Shown here piece by piece: positions 63,542 through 64,000 of a stretch of 64,000 nt of DNA. Numbering within the stretch: position 1 is the stretch's first letter; every line of letters begins with the position of its first letter. The position numbers and the translations under genes were made by a program. A model generated the notes under the pieces. The model had not been told where the DNA came from and did no database searches. It was given only the letters and a program-made list of their open reading frames with translations. The stretch spans positions 269,430-333,429 of the forward strand of contig JAVJVN010000004.1 of NCBI GenBank assembly GCA_040221055.1, given 5' to 3'. This stretch comes from Rhodothermales bacterium (GTDB lineage Bacteria > Bacteroidota > Rhodothermia > Rhodothermales > UBA10348).

Positions 63542-64000
63542 TTACTTGATGGGCCGCGCCGTCACGCCCTCGAAGGTCATCTGGACGGGGCGAATGGTGC
63601 CGTCGTCTTCGAAGTACATCCGGTCGATGGCGGTCACGCGATGGTCGCGGTCTTCATTGGGGATGGGTCGCCGATGATACACGATGTACCACTCATCCGT
63701 CCCCGGTACGTTCATGACTGAATGATGCCCGGCTCCCGTCGCAATGGATGCGTCCTGCTCGAGAATGACGCCCACGCGCTCAAAGGGACCCAATGGCGAG
63801 TCGGAAATGGCATAGGCCACGCGGTAGTCATCCTGACCCCAGCCCCCTTCGGACCACATGAAGTAATAGTGGCCGTGGCGCTTCAGCATGAACGGTCCTT
63901 CCACATAGCCCTCCGGCGTGATCTCCCTGAAGGTGGGGCCATCCTCGAACGGGACAAATCCCGTGAAGTCCGCATTCAGCTTGGCGACGTTGGCGTGCCG
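63542..64000 (-). CDS. Glycoside hydrolase family 43 protein, C-terminal part (gene continues beyond right edge)
   Basis: The frame stays open to position 64000: ...NADFTGFVPFEDGPTFREITPEGYVEGPFMLKRHGHYYFMWSEGGWGQDDYRVAYAISDSPLGPFE...GHHSV. The track M at 63904 is an internal GTG. Confidence 0.75.
   Translation of the reverse strand, partial: RHANVAKLNADFTGFVPFEDGPTFREITPEGYVEGPFMLKRHGHYYFMWSEGGWGQDDYRVAYAISDSPLGPFERVGVILEQDASIATGAGHHSVMNVPGTDEWYIVYHRRPIPNEDRDHRVTAIDRMYFEDDGTIRPVQMTFEGVTARPIK

Overview
This is a high-GC window (spot counts about 65% per 60 nt), very compact, and almost entirely coding: about 60 CDS, many joined by ATGA/TGATG start-stop overlaps. I found no rRNA, tRNA, CRISPR array, transposase or integrase. 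The gene content suggests a Bacteroidota/Rhodothermota-type chromosome, with low confidence: PadR plus duplicated orphan FtsX permease pairs, a BatA-type N-terminal double-TM vWA protein, and a choice-of-anchor-B protein. Housekeeping backbone: the 5' end of the dcw cluster on the minus strand (mraZ-rsmH-ftsL-ftsI-murE), pyrG, gyrB, hflX, uvrA, recF, katG, ada/ogt and modABC. Accessory content: two glycosyltransferase blocks, an MMPL/DUF3047 pair, a nitrilase, a VIT1 transporter, an ArsR/AHSA1 pair and a yefM-yoeB toxin-antitoxin pair. The best candidate for an undescribed system is a co-directional cluster at about 44.4-49.2 kb. It encodes a CBS-pair protein, a release-factor-fold (baeRF-like) protein, a CYTH domain fused to an unknown domain, an overlapping ABC1 kinase and two small membrane proteins. 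Other notable items: a LexA homologue whose Ser/Lys dyad and Ala-Gly cleavage site appear lost, lying divergent from mraZ across an AT-rich region with GTGGGGAAT direct repeats (MraZ-box-like) and GTAT-N4-ATAC palindromes; and a ToxR-like wHTH regulator fused to a glycine-rich polytopic membrane domain. All homology calls rest on motif recognition by eye, and start codons were re-chosen from conserved N-termini and gene junctions. No database search or computation was run.
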